Part shown: piece after piece, positions 1 through 12,200 of the stretch | Numbering within the stretch: position 1 is the stretch's first letter | How the letters are laid out: every line of letters starts with the position of its first letter | Assembly (NCBI GenBank): GCA_951406725.2 | Contig: OX597829.1 | Span: forward strand, 56,482,001-56,546,000 | Source: Octopus vulgaris | Taxonomy: Eukaryota | DNA: 64,000 bases | Direction: 5' to 3' | Made by a program: the position numbers and the translations under genes | The notes under the pieces: model-generated | Databases searched by the model: none | Seen by the model: the letters and a program-made list of their open reading frames with translations, nothing else | What the model was told of the DNA's origin: nothing

Positions 1-50
1 TACACATGTATATATATATGTGTGTGTATGTATATATATCTATGTATATG

Positions 51-198
51 TAGGAGTGGCTGTGTGGTAGGTAGCTTGCTTACCAATCACATGGTTCCGG
101 GTTCATTCCGTCTGCGTACCACCTTGAGCAAGTGTCTTCTACTATAGCCTCAGGCTGATCAAAGCTTTGTGAGTGGATTTGGTAGGTGGAAACTGAAA
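51..198 (+). mobile_element. SINE family A, 5' half
   Basis: Matches 3378-3527. Confidence 0.8.
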
Positions 199-204
199 TG
201 TATA

Positions 205-238
<34 letters not shown>

Positions 239-474
239 GATGATAATATTAGGGAGTATAACTCCAAACATACAGGGAAAAATTCAATTTAGTATTAAAT
301 CAAATTTCACAGTATAAAAATGTAAAATATAAATTAGAGATAAAACCACTATTATGCAATTCAAATAATGATAGACATAAACTAAAACATAAATAACAAA
401 TAAAATATATTTTTATAAAACATATGACTAGATCACAAAAAGTATAAAAATGAATAATCAATATATAAGTAAAA

Positions 475-568
475 AACTACATACGTTTCATGGCTATAAT
501 TAAATTCGAATTACAATTAAATTTAATTGAAATGAATTCAATTTAAAATTATAGTCAATCTTCAGGTT
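475..568 (-). ncRNA. Minimal type I hammerhead-ribozyme-like motif
   Basis: Minus strand: aac-CUGAAGA-[ugacuauaauu...aauuauagcca]-GAAAC-guau-GUA-guu. Confidence 0.55.
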
Positions 569-1114
569 AACAATAATAGTTAAATAAATAAGCAAATAGA
601 GCTAAACAATATTTATTTTTAAAATAAATAAAATGTTTTTTCTTATAGAAGAAGCACCATTAACTAAATTTGAAACTTGTATCTATATATATATATATAG
701 ATAGATGTGTGTGTATGTATATATATGTATGTGTATATACATATATATATGGAAAAAAAGTCAAGATAGAAAATGCTAAAATACTTTTATAAAAAACATT
801 TCAATACCAGTTTCAGTCAGAGACTTTTTCAACTGTAACAATTAAATAATTAAATTTTGAAAAATTAAAAGAAAAGTTTTTTTAAAAGAATATTTGTATA
901 GTGTTCAAATACATGTGGCATTTTCCTTGTTTCTGTCTCTGTCTCTCTTGTTTACTCTTGTGGGTTTTGAATTCTTGGTAGGGAAGAAGAAGAAGAAGAA
1001 TTTGGGAGTGCCATGATAGTAGTATTTTGCATGGTCAGTGGATGGTAGCAGTTGCTGTTCAATTCATGAAAATATTTCGTTTGAATGTTTTGTTTATAGA
1101 ATTTGCGTTGGTGT

Positions 1115-1147
<33 letters not shown>

Positions 1148-1335
1148 CACCATGATAGATCGTTAGCCACTACACACATTTTTTTCTCTCCTTGTTTTTT
1201 CTGTGTCTCTTTCTGTAGAAAAGCGTAGGCTCGAAACGTAAAAGACTTTTTCTATTCCCGAGCATTATACTAATACATCTGTTTGTTTTGTACATCACCT
1301 GCCTTCGTCTTTTAGTTTTTTTTCATAAACTTTCC

Positions 1336-1336
<1 letters not shown>

Positions 1337-1372
<36 letters not shown>

Positions 1373-1384
1373 CATATATATACA

Positions 1385-1416
<32 letters not shown>

Positions 1417-1423
1417 CTAGATG

Positions 1424-1468
<45 letters not shown>

Positions 1469-1487
1469 GTATTTATATGTATATATA
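1337..1487. repeat. (TA)n microsatellite cluster; others at ~210, 685, 1115, 1820, 9750, 10665
   Basis: Direct inspection. Confidence 0.95.
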
Positions 1488-1489
1488 GT

Positions 1490-1810
1490 GAAGGCACATG
1501 GCTCAGTAGTTAGAGCATCAAGCTTACGATCGTGAGGTTGTGAGTTCGATTCCCAGACCAGGCTGTGTGTTGTTTTCTTGAGCAAGATACTTTATTTCAC
1601 ATTGCTCCAGTTAACTCAACTGTGGAAATGAGTTGCGGCATCACTGGTGTGAAGCCATATCAGCTTTAGCCTTTCCCTTGGAGTGGGGAGGCCAGTATAC
1701 ATGGGTGACTGCTGGCCTTCCATAAACAACCTTGCCCAGACTTGTGCCTCGGAGGGTAACTTTGTAGGTGCAATCTCATGGTCATTCATGACCGATAGGG
1801 GTCTCCTTTA
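1490..1810 (+). mobile_element. tRNA-derived SINE (family B)
   Basis: A box tggctcagtagttag, B box gagttcgattccc, followed by a non-tRNA body and flanked by (TA)n. Confidence 0.75.
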
Positions 1811-2384
1811 TGTCTGTGTATATATATATATATATACTGTGTGTCTATATATATGTATGTATGTATGTATGTATATACATATATATAAAACTTTGATAGG
1901 TTTTGGCCAGTATAGGCTCAGGTCATGTCTAACTCAATAGCGCCACTGATGAAGTCTTTTAGTTATATATAGGGCACCATAGCCCACTCTAACAAAGAGT
2001 TATTACTGTTAGAGACATATCCGGGTGTAGGAGGATGGTCTGGGATTTTTTGCCAAAATTGAGCCTATAAGTTCATTTACCAGAACATGTCCCAGTTCTT
2101 GAAATGTCTAAGCTCTGAAATGCATAAAATTCTCATCTTTCCTGTGAACAGGATGCCATTTTGTCACAGGGTTAACCCCCAGTTGCTTCTGGCATGCATG
2201 AAATGCCCGTGCAGGGGCACAACATGCTATCTAATTTTGACATTAAAACCACAACCTTCAAGTTGTGAGTCCAACACCCTAACCATTGAGCATAAATAGA
2301 TTACGTTAAGTTTTTCTTTGAATATTGCTTTCCAAAAAGTCAGTGTTTTCCTTCTCTCTTGAAAACTGAATAACTTATTAATTT

Positions 2385-2812
2385 TGGTTTCAAATTTTGG
2401 TGCAAGGCCTGAAATTTTGAAGGAGGGAGTAAGTTGATTACATTGTCCCCAGTGCATAATTGGTACTTATTTCATCCACACCAAAAGGATAAAATGCAAA
2501 GCCAACCTCAGAAGAATTTGAACTCAGAATGTGAAGAAGGATGAAATACCATTAAGCATTTTGTCCAGCATGTTAACAAGTCTGCCAGCCCACCAACTTA
2601 TTAATATTCCTTTCTATGAAAGACCTGAAATTTTATGAGAAAGGTCTAGTTGATTACATCGACCCCAATGCTTGACTGGTACTTATTTTATCAACTCCAA
2701 GAGAATGAAAGACAAAGTCTACATCAGCTGTATTTGAACCCAGATTGTGTAAACATGAAAAGCCCCTAAGCATTTTGCCTGGTGTACTAATGGTTCTGCC
2801 AGCTCGCTGCCT
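2385..2812 (-). mobile_element. Two tandem degraded SINE copies (same family as the array SINE)
   Basis: Two repeats of tggtacttattt...aaa..caaag...atttgaac.cag...taagcattttg...tctgccagc. Confidence 0.7.
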
Positions 2813-3375
2813 TATTAATATTGCCATTCCTAAAAGAGGTTTTTGATATTGATTATGTTATGGAAAGAACCTACTTCTTTGATCTGTTCATCTTTTGAGA
2901 TTCAGATATAGTTATCATTAATGCTATTTCAAAGTAATTAGATAACCTTAGATTTGATTTATGATCTCTAATGACAGAAATCTGCAGTGATCAGCATATT
3001 TATGTTCAGGTTTGTGAGAATATGTTAAGAATTGATATATTCATATTTCATTCAGCTTGACTTTTTTCTTCAGTGTTTTCAGTCTATAGACTGACCAAGT
3101 TGATATATTCCTAACTATGTAAATGGAAGAGCAAAATCCAAACCTTGATTTGATTTGATAATTTTTTGTAATTATTTATAAATCTAAATTCAAAATTTTA
3201 TTTTTCAGTGAATCTCAACTGAATCCTTTTGAAATATCTAACTTGTATCACTATCATACAATAACTTTCTGCTCCTCTCCACTTCATACATAAATATACA
3301 CACACTCATACACACATTTTCAGCTAAAAGTAATCTCTTATGCAGTTTAATAAAATGCAATTTAAAATAATATAG

Positions 3376-3758
3376 GTGCAGGAGTGGCTGTGTGGTAAGT
3401 AGCTTGATTACCAACCACATGGTTCCAGGTTCAGTCCCACTGCATGGCACCTTGGGCAAGTGTCTTCTACTATAGCCTCGGGCCGACCAAAGCCTTGTGA
3501 GTGGATTTGATAGACGGAAACTGAAAGAAGCCTGTTGTATATATATGTATGTATGTGTGTGTCTTTGTTTGTCCCCCCAACATCGCTTGACAACCGATGC
3601 TAGTGTGTTTACGTCCCGTAACTTAGTGGTTCGGCAAAAGAGATCAATAGAATAAGTACTAGGCTTACAAAGAATAAGTCCTGGGTTCAATTTCTTCGAC
3701 TAAAGGTAGTGCTCCAGCATGGCTGCAGTCAAATGACTGAAACAAGCAAAAGAGTAAA
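3376..3758 (+). mobile_element. Full-length SINE (family A)
   Basis: ggagtggctgtgtggtaag...ggttcagtccc head, internal (TA/TG) tract, tail gactgaaacaag.aaaagagtaaa. Copies at 51-198, 9877-10292, ~14112-14450, ~61283-61420. Confidence 0.85.
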
Positions 3759-3877
3759 ATTTTATTTTCAATAATTTAACAAGAAACTGAATTAAATTTA
3801 CAAATGTAAGATTTTAAAAAATATTTGATCAAATAAGATTCAATAAAATAATAAAAAACTTATATCTTTTCTTATAG

Positions 3878-4001
3878 AAACCTCCCATTGGCGATCCTCA
3901 TCTCAATGTCTCTCGTCATTACTGTCTATCTCATTGCAAATGTTGCTTATCTCGGAGTTTTGTCGCCTTTTGAAATGCTCAAGTCTACTGCTGTAGCTGT
4001 T
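3878..4001 (+). CDS. SLC7 L-type amino-acid transporter (LAT/y+LAT/b0,+AT family) internal exon, ~TM7
   Basis: ttttcttatag|...|gtaagt, 124 bp. Translates (R)[41 protein letters not shown], matching the family motif RNLPxAI...NVAY...AVAV. Confidence 0.95.
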
Positions 4002-4149
4002 GTAAGTACTTTGAATTGTTTGACTTGTTACAAATTCATTATTTTGTGTGGTAACTTTTTCTAAATTTTGTTGACTTTGCATTTCTGTGTAGTTTACCTA
4101 ATCAACTTTTCTTATGAATTCTAAATTTATAAACATATGAAAAAAAAAT

Positions 4150-4760
4150 CAAAATAGATGAACATCAATTGAATATGTATCTTTGTGGTACCAGTGCCGG
4201 TGGCACACAAGAAAACCATCCGAACGTGGCCGTAGCCAGTACCGCATCGACTGGCCTCCGTGCTGTGGGCACGTAACAAACACCATCCGATTGTGGCCGT
4301 TCGCCAGCCTCATCTGGCACCTGTGTCGGTGGCACATAAAAACACCATCCGATCGTGGCCGTTCGCCAGCCTCATTTGGCACCTGTGTCGGTGGCACATA
4401 AAAAACACCATCCGAGCGTGGCCGTTCGCCAGCCTCGTCTGGCACCTGTGTCGGTGGCACATAAAAACACCATCCGATCGTGGCCGTTCGCCAGCCTCGT
4501 TTGGCACCTGTGTCGGTGGCACATAAAAAACACCATCCGAGCGTGGCCGTTCGCCAGCCTCGTCTGGCACCTGTGTCGGTGGCACATAAAATCACCCACT
4601 ACACTCTCGGAGTGGTTGGCGTTAGGAAGGGCATCCAGCTGTAGAAACACTGCCAGATCTGACTGGCCTGGTGCAGCCTTCGGGCTCCCCAGACCCCAGT
4701 TGAACCGTCCAACCCATGCTAGCATGGAAAACGGATGCTAAATGAATGATGATGATGATG
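4150..4760 (+). mobile_element. RTE-family 3' UTR/tail ending in (GAT)n and containing a 62/63-bp minisatellite
   Basis: gttggcgttaggaagggcatccagc...aacccatgctagcatggaaaacgg...gatgatgatg. The same tail follows RT-coding sequence at 62030-62625. Confidence 0.75.
4278..4590. repeat. GC-rich 62/63-bp minisatellite, 5 copies
   Basis: AAACACCATCCGATCGTGGCCGTTCGCCAGCCTCRTYTGGCACCTGTGTCGGTGGCACATAA. Copies 2-5 alternate as a 125-bp dimer. Confidence 0.93.
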
Positions 4761-5596
4761 AATACTTTTCATTCATTTGTTTAACATCTTTTGTTTGGAC
4801 AGGGAGTCATTTAAAGCAGGATATGGTTAGGCACTCAGTCTGTCACCAGCCCTAAACTGTTTTCAAATAAGGGACTTTAATTCTGGAAGGTTTTGAAAGC
4901 ATTGTAGCATGTATAAACTACACAATATAAACTAGGGGCTCACAAGAAATTTAATAAAATCACAGATAGACTAACAGAAAAAATAAACTTTGTAAATGAC
5001 AGATGCACTGGAGCAATATTTACTATGAGCACATCGGAATTAGATCCTTCTAGAAGCCCAGATGACTCACTATTACTGATTCCCTGATAAAAAGCACCCA
5101 GTATACTTTGTAAAGTGGTTGTTGTTAGAGAGAGCATCCAGCTGTAGAAATTGTGCCAAACACAACACTGGAGTATGGTGCAATGCTCTGACTTGTCAGA
5201 TCCTGTCAAGCCATTTGACCAGCATAGAAGTCAGTTTTTAAATAATGGTGGTAATGATAGAGGTTGCAACAGTGATTGTGTATATATATATAAAGTTAAT
5301 CCAAACAAGAAAAGACACAAAAAAACACAACAACGCAAGGACGTGGAACACATAAAGTATTATTGGACGCTCAGGGAAGAAGGAGGGCTTAACGTTTCGA
5401 GCGGAGCTCTTCGTCGGAAACATAGGAGAAAGAAAGATCCTGAGAAGGGAAGACAGGGAAAAAATCGCCAACGGTACTCACGAGGTGTCATATATATATA
5501 TAAATAGATGGAAATTGGTTCAGTCACTACAGCTGTTTCAAACTAGATTTTTTTTATTGATGAATGGAGTTATTACTTCAGGCGAAAAAGTAATCT

Positions 5597-8258
5597 CTTA
5601 TGCAGGTTCCTTCTACAGTTAGGGAGTGGCACTTCCTCACACAGCTGTCTTCATTCATACATAACACATGGCCATACCAGTGCAGTCACCTCTCTTACAC
5701 AACACATTTGATGCTTCTTATGCTCAACTTTTCTTTCAGGGCACTTACACTCTGCCATGTATGCACACTGTCATTACACATCCAGCGGATGATACCAGCT
5801 TCATTTCTCTCAAGCCTACCCATGTCCTCAGCAGTCATGGCCCATGTTTCATTGCCGTGTAATATGGCAGTTTGCACACATGCATCATACAGTCTACCTT
5901 TCACCCTGAATGAGAGTCCCTTAGTTGCCAGCAAAAGTAGGATCTCCCTGATCTTTGCTCAGGCTAGTTGCTGCATTCTCAGAGCAACCACCCCTACTAC
6001 AGACTTGGCCACCTAGGTAGCAGAAGCTATTAACTACTTCTAGTTTCTTCCCTTAGCATGTGATGGAATCTGTTTTCTGTACATCTTCAGTGTTTTTTGC
6101 TCCAGTGCATCTGCTACACACAAAAACTATTTTCGTGGTCATCAGCATAGAAGAGCTCCCAGGGGCATCCTGTTTTGAATTCCTCTGTTAATGCCTGGAG
6201 GACAATGATGAATAAAAGGGGACTGAGGGCTGAGCCTTGGTGTACACCTACTTCTACCCAGAATTCTTCACTATATTCGTTGCCAATCCTAACCTTGCTG
6301 ACAGCCTCTCTGTATAGAGCATGTACAGCCCTTAGCCATTCGTCAATCTCCAGTTTCCACATAGACCACCAGATAAGGGATCGGGGAACCCTGTCAAAGG
6401 CTTTCTCCAAGTCCACAAAAGCTATGTAGAGGGGTTTATCTTTAGCTAGGTACTTCTCCTGCAGTTGTCGGACCAGGAATATAGCATCAGTGGTGCTTCT
6501 ACCTGGCACAAAACCGAACTGCATCTCATCTAAGCAAATTCTCTCCCTAATGAGATGGGTTATGACCCTCTCTGTGACCTTCATCACCTGATCCAACAGT
6601 TTAATACCCCTGTAGTTATTTCTATCTAGAGCATCACCCTTACCCTTGTAGCAGTTGACATTGCTGCTACGCCAGTCATGACTCCATCATGAACTACCTG
6701 GTTTACAATGCTGGTGACTAGGCCATAGCCCACATAGCCAGCTGTTTTAAGCATCTCAGCAGTGATTCCTGATGGGCCGGGGGCTTTACCTGGTTTCATA
6801 TCCTTAATTGCCTTAACTACAAGGGAGCTGTCTATTCGGGTAGCTGGTCCCTCTACTGGGTCAACATTCGGCAGGCTCTCCTCCTCCCATTCATTCTCCT
6901 CATTCAGCAGTCTTTCATAATGGCTTCTCCAAGCCTCTTTCTTTTCACCAACAGTAAAAGCAAGTGCTCCATCATCCATGCGGACACATTTCTCTCCTGT
7001 CACATCACTATTTTCTCTCACACACTGTCTGGCAATCCGAAATACCTCAGCTCTTTGGTCCTCACGTCGCTGGACATTGGCAAACTTCTTCTTTTCTGCT
7101 ACATCTTTGGCTATGTATACCTGCCGCCCAGCCTCCCTTTTGGCTACCTGGTACGGTTCCCTGCTACCCCCATCCCTCCAGGCTTTCCAGGCCCGTCTCT
7201 TTGCACTAATGACTTTGTCTACTGCACTATTCCACCACCACGTAACTCTAGGTCTGGAAGGGACTTTGCACCATCCACAGACTTGGTCTGTGGCACTCAG
7301 CAAGCTGTCCCGTAGGAATTCCCAGCTACCTTCTATGTCCGACGTCTGAAGCTCCTCCTCCCTCTCATCAAATTTCTTGATGAGGATGTCCCTAAATCTC
7401 TGACCATGTGAAGGGTTCTTTAACTTCCAAATCCTTCTTTTCTGGATTGGTCTGTTTCTTGGAGTCCTTCTGGCCTCAAGCCTAAAGTCACTAATGATTA
7501 GCCTATGCTGAGGGATACATTCTTCACCCGGGAGGGTCTTTGTATTTAAGAGCGACCCTGCATCCCGCTGTCTGGTGAGGATGAAGTCTATTTGGCTAGC
7601 GGAGTCTCCTGACTGATAAGTTATAAGGTGGCAGTCAGGCTTCCTGAAGTTAGTGTTGCAGATTAAAAGGTTACATGCATCACAGAATTCCAGTAGTCTA
7701 GTTCCCTCATCATTTCTGGTGCCAATACCATGGCCATCGTGTACCCCAGTGAAGATACCCGATTCCCGCCCAACATGCCCATTAAAGTCTCCACCCACAA
7801 AGATGAGGTCCTTGCCACTAGTCTTTGAGGTAGCCTGTAGAAGGGTATCATAAAAGTGGTCCTTCTGATCATTTGGTAGTCCCGCTTGTGGGGCATAGGC
7901 GGAGATAATCGTAGCTGTGCCACTCTGTAGGACCAACCTGAGCTTAAGCACTCTATCGCAAACCCTGACAACCTCTATGACCTTATCCACCCATTTCTCC
8001 ACAAGGAGAATGCCTACACCCCATACAACATCCATGTTACCTTGCCTGAAGACTTTGTACCTATGTGCCTTGCCTGTGAGGACCCTAACTGAAGCACCTC
8101 TCCATCTTACCTCTTGTATGCAGCATACATCAACCCGTCTTCTCTCAAGCATCTCTACAATCTCACTAGACCTACCTTTCAATGTACCGACATTGACAGT
8201 GCCAACTCTGAAAACTGGCAAGGAGATGTGGGGAGGAGGGGAGCAATTCAGCGCCTGA
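5597..8258 (-). mobile_element. RTE-clade LINE (APE endonuclease + RT), frameshifted and internally deleted
   Basis: ORF 6626-8221 has GTVNVGTL, CIQEVRW, AYAP, GGDFNGHVG, SQIDFIL, QHRL, KAPGPSGI. ORF 6114-6596 has QFGF..GRSTTDAIF, DLEKAFD, GVHQGSALSPLLF, YADD. ORF 5695-5934 is the C-terminal region. Confidence 0.95.
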
Positions 8259-8259
8259 A

Positions 8260-8850
8260 AAGAAGAGGGTTGTTGTTGTGGTGGGAGTTAAACACAGGGG
8301 TTATTAAAATTCTTTTATTTCCTACATATGTTTCGAAGACAACATTGATATTATTCCAAAGGCATAAAATGGTGTAAAACAATGTAATGTTCACATCAGG
8401 GAAAAGGAGAAAGGAACCAAACTCAATAAGGCATTTTAACAGAATGTGATGGATGTGTATAATGATGAACGGAACGCTATTAATTTTTTTTAAAAAGCCA
8501 TTTGAGGATATAACCTCAAAGGTAGTCTATAGAAAGAGAAGGGGTAAAAGAAAGAAATAAGCGGAAAACTAATAAAGGAGAAATATAGAGTGATATGTGA
8601 ATTAAAATAAAAGCTTAAAAACTTTGAAATAGATATATTCTAGTGGAAGTGAAATGTAAGAAGAAAATCAATGTTCAAATTATATAGAATGGTGTTAAAA
8701 TGTCTTATTGATGAGTTTGGTTTCTTTCTCTCTTTCTCTGATGAGAAGATTTCATGAATGGAAATTAAGATTAATTTGTAGCCGAAATAGTACTGAATCT
8801 TTTGATACCCCATGCATCAAAATCTGTAACTCAGTTTTGGAATGGATAAG
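8260..8850 (-). mobile_element. Probable Penelope-like 3' fragment (GIY-YIG tail-like remnant + hammerhead motif)
   Basis: Degenerate REKETKLINK remnant near 8700-8740, followed downstream on the - strand by a hammerhead-like core at 8318-8404. Confidence 0.45.
8318..8404 (-). ncRNA. Minimal type I hammerhead-ribozyme-like motif (A9 mutated)
   Basis: Minus strand: uuucc-CUGAUGu-[gaa..acauug...caaugu..uuc]-GAAAC-auau-GUA-ggaaa. Confidence 0.55.
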
Positions 8851-9748
8851 GAATATATATATATATATAGGACAGACTTTTTTCAAACTGAAAGTATTAT
8901 CTCACATTGAGACATGATTCTGAAATAGTGTAAGAGATAAGAGATTGCTCTGGGCTCGCATTAGGCAAGAAGTTGGAAATTTTTTCGGATCATGACACTG
9001 CATGGACCTTGGCTTTTGTATTTAATGATTGGTACTTTAAGTATTTTATTTCAATTTGTATGTATGAGCCAATGAGAGAGACCTCTACATGGTAGCTACA
9101 CGTGGTAGAAACAGCAGCCAAATCTCCCTCAAAACACCCTACTGTTTTAATCCGACAATTCTGTCTATTATGTAGTTTGAATGAGAAACTGTAACTAAAG
9201 ATTAAGATTATTAACCCCAAAATTTTACGCGTTTTAGTAGCAATCAATCTCTTTCTCTTTCTTTTTTGCGTCGCTTTTCATGTCAGTTGTAAAGGTGAAG
9301 CAGGTTAACTTGGACGGTGTTAAGTAGTGGAGATGCTTGGTGATTGTATGTGGTGGCTGCTTTTGAATGTTTATTCTCAATAAGGATAATTGATTGATAA
9401 CGAATCTTAGCGCAATATATATACAAGTCGAATTGGACATCATAAGAGTGACAGGATAGCAACGGTTCTGACTGACTGTCGTCCTGTACTCCCCTTGTTA
9501 GCAGAATGGTATGTGCCAGCTGTCTGAGCAACTGGTTGACTTTAATGGTGGAACAAACAGGACAACAAGATTTAAAAAATTAGCAATTCTCACCTTGAAA
9601 CAAACTTTTTTGAACAATGTTTTAGATTATAGAAAGCCCTGCTCTGTCATGTAACCATGTTTAAAATTTCAGTGCGATTGGCTGAACAATACTCGAGTTA
9701 TAAGCGCACAGACAGACAGAACGGATTCTATATATTAAGATATATATT

Positions 9749-9794
<46 letters not shown>

Positions 9795-9876
9795 CACATA
9801 CATACATACATACATATACATACATACACTTGTGTAAACACATTTAAGATAGGGTATTTTACATTGTATCGTATAT

Positions 9877-10292
9877 TTACTCTTTACTCTTTACTCTTTT
9901 ACTTGTTTCAGTCATTTGACTGTGGCCATGCTGGAGCACCACCTTTAATCGAGCAATTCGACCCCAGGACTTATTCTTTGTAAGCCCAGTACTTATTCTG
10001 TCGGTCTCTTTTGCCGAACTGCTAAGTGACGGGGACATAAACACACCAGCATCGGTTGTCAAGCAATGCTAGGGGGACAAACACAGACACACAAACACAC
10101 CCGCACACACATATATATATATATACATATACACGACGGGCTTCTTTCAGTTTCCGTCTACCAAATCCACTCACAAGGCATTGGTCGGCCCGGGGCTATA
10201 GCAGAAGACACTTGCCCAAGGTGCCACGCAGTGGGACTGAACCCGGAACCATGTGGTTGGTTAGCAAGCTACTTACCACACAGCCACTCCTG
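9877..10292 (-). mobile_element. Full-length SINE (family A)
   Basis: Reverse complement of 3376-3758 with a (TACTCTTT)n tail. Confidence 0.85.
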
Positions 10293-10324
10293 TAAGTATA
10301 CATATAGAACACAGTAATTAAGAA

Positions 10325-10660
10325 TGGAGCAGAAAAGTCTTCACATCCGATATAAATCAGCCTGCAAATTCACCCAGTTTGACATTGTTGACTTCTACCC
10401 CTAAGCCTCTCCTCCTGAAGGCCCTGCATTAGTAATCTTGATATCAGAATCATCATGAATACCAGAAAGTCAATTCTGGTCCATGACAATTCCTTCTGGA
10501 TGAAGAAAGAAGGCAATCCATTGTCCAATGACTCTATGGGAAGCTTTGAGGAGAGGCTCAGGGTAAAAGTCAACAATGTCGAACTGGGTGAATTTGCAGG
10601 CTGATTTATTTTCAGTATAATGGAACCAGTCTATCACAGCTTTCTTACTATGGCAACAGT
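10325..10660. mobile_element. Penelope-like RT fragment with an inverted partial duplication
   Basis: + strand KSACKFTQFDIVDFYP...IIMNTRKSILVHDNSFWMKKEGNPLSNDSMGSF. The - strand repeats KSACKFTQFDIVDFYP. Confidence 0.7.
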
Positions 10661-10662
10661 CT

Positions 10663-10701
<39 letters not shown>

Positions 10702-10702
10702 C

Positions 10703-10930
10703 AGTGAGGGAGTGGAGCACTCCGTCAGTTGTGACGAGGGTCCCAGCAGATACGATCAATGGAACAGCCTGCTCGTGAAATTAACGTGTAAGTGACTGAG
10801 CATCCCACAAACACACGTACCCTTAACATAGTTCTCAGGGAGATTCAGTGTGACACAGATTGTGACAAGGCTGGCCCTTTGAAATACAGGTACTACTCAT
10901 TTTTGCCAGCTGAGTGAACTGGAGCAACAT
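10703..10930 (-). mobile_element. SINE 3' fragment
   Basis: Ends in agctgagtgaactggagcaa, the reverse complement of the family-B block at ~1602-1622. Confidence 0.5.
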
Positions 10931-10939
10931 CCAGTGAAG

Positions 10940-11465
10940 CATGCTAACTTCATTCCTTTCAAGCCTTCACATGTCCTTGGTAGTCACAAGCCATGTTTCA
11001 CTTCCATGTAGCATGGCTGTTCACACACATGCATCATACAATCTGCCTTTCACTCTGAGGTAGAGAGGCCCTTTCTTACCTACAAAGGTAGAAGCTCTTT
11101 AAACTTTGCCCAGCCTATTCTTATTCTAGCAGCTAAACTCTCAGAGCATCCACCTTCATTGCTGACTTGGTCACCAAAATAATGGAAACTACCAACTACT
11201 TCTAAGCATCCTCCTTAGCATTTGATGCTAAGTCTATTTTCTGTACATTTCTGTTTCTGTTTATTGTACCTGCACATCTTGCCACACACAAAGACTATTT
11301 TCCCTGTTAACCTTCCTCTGATATTGCTGCATCTCTTACGTGTCTATAGCTTGCACTAGGTACACCTTATGGAGTGTCTACTACATATTGAGCAGGGCCA
11401 TCTACCTGAAGGGATTTGGGATTTGTCTGCTTTCATACCTACAAATTCTTTGGTTTTTTGCTAAA
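10940..11465 (-). mobile_element. Degraded RTE LINE fragment
   Basis: Nucleotide similarity to 17560-18090 (gcagggccatctacctgaagggatttg; tattcttattctagcagct). Confidence 0.85.
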
Positions 11466-11560
11466 TTAACTCTATTAATTCTTTTAATTCTATGTTTATA
11501 ATCTGTTCATGATCTCTTTTTATGTGTTTATAATATATATATATCACATCTCATTTTTAG

Positions 11561-11664
11561 ACATTTGCTGAACAAACACTTGGGCCTGCTTCTTGGGTAA
11601 TGCCAATTCTAATAGCTATATCTGTTATTGGAATGATAAATGGAACTTCGTTGTCAATGTCAAG
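11561..11664 (+). CDS. SLC7 transporter exon, ~TM8
   Basis: tttttag|...|gtaaat, 104 bp, phase-compatible with both neighbours. TFAEQTLGPASWVMPILIAISVIGMINGTSLSMS(R). Confidence 0.95.
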
Positions 11665-11899
11665 GTAAATGATTTGTTTTAAAACCAACACATCTTTCTT
11701 TTCCTCTCTATTCCTAATATTCTGTTGTAAAATCAATCAGCTATTCTAGACAGGTGTTCTGTAGGGGTGGGGGATGTTATTTCATATTTGTTGCTAGTTT
11801 TTGTTATTGTTTAGCTCTGGGTCAGCCTTGAACTGATCAAACTAATAATTAATGATTTTCAGCCTTAGCCATCCAACCTTTATTTGTGTATGTATATAT

Positions 11900-12200
11900 C
11901 ATCATCATCATTTAACATCCATGTTCCATGCTAGCAAGGGTGGGACGGTACCACAAGAGCCAGCCAGGCCAAAGCCTGCACCAGACTTCTGTGATTGTTA
12001 TGGCAGGATTTTTACAGTTGGATACTCTTCTGGACACCAAGTGCTTATTATGTGGTACAAGCACAGGCTACGTCAGTTTTGTCAAGGTTTTTAAAGCTGG
12101 ATGTCGTTCTGAACACCAACCTTTTTACAGTGTGGACTGGGGTGCTTTTAAGTGGCACCTGCACTGACAGGGTCACCAAGTATCTTGCAAGACAAAACCT
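11900..12200 (-). mobile_element. Degraded RTE 3' tail
   Basis: catcatcatttaacatccatgttccatgctagcaagggtgggacgg is the reverse complement of the tail at 4700-4760. Confidence 0.7.

Noticed and set aside
1490-1565. tRNA gene
   Set aside because: A/B boxes are present but there is no clean acceptor stem, and the sequence continues into a SINE body.
1288-1940. YI/IY-rich ORFs
   Set aside because: Translations of (TA)n microsatellites and a SINE.
4149-4741. Overlapping repetitive ORFs on both strands
   Set aside because: Products of the stop-poor, GC-rich 62/63-bp minisatellite.
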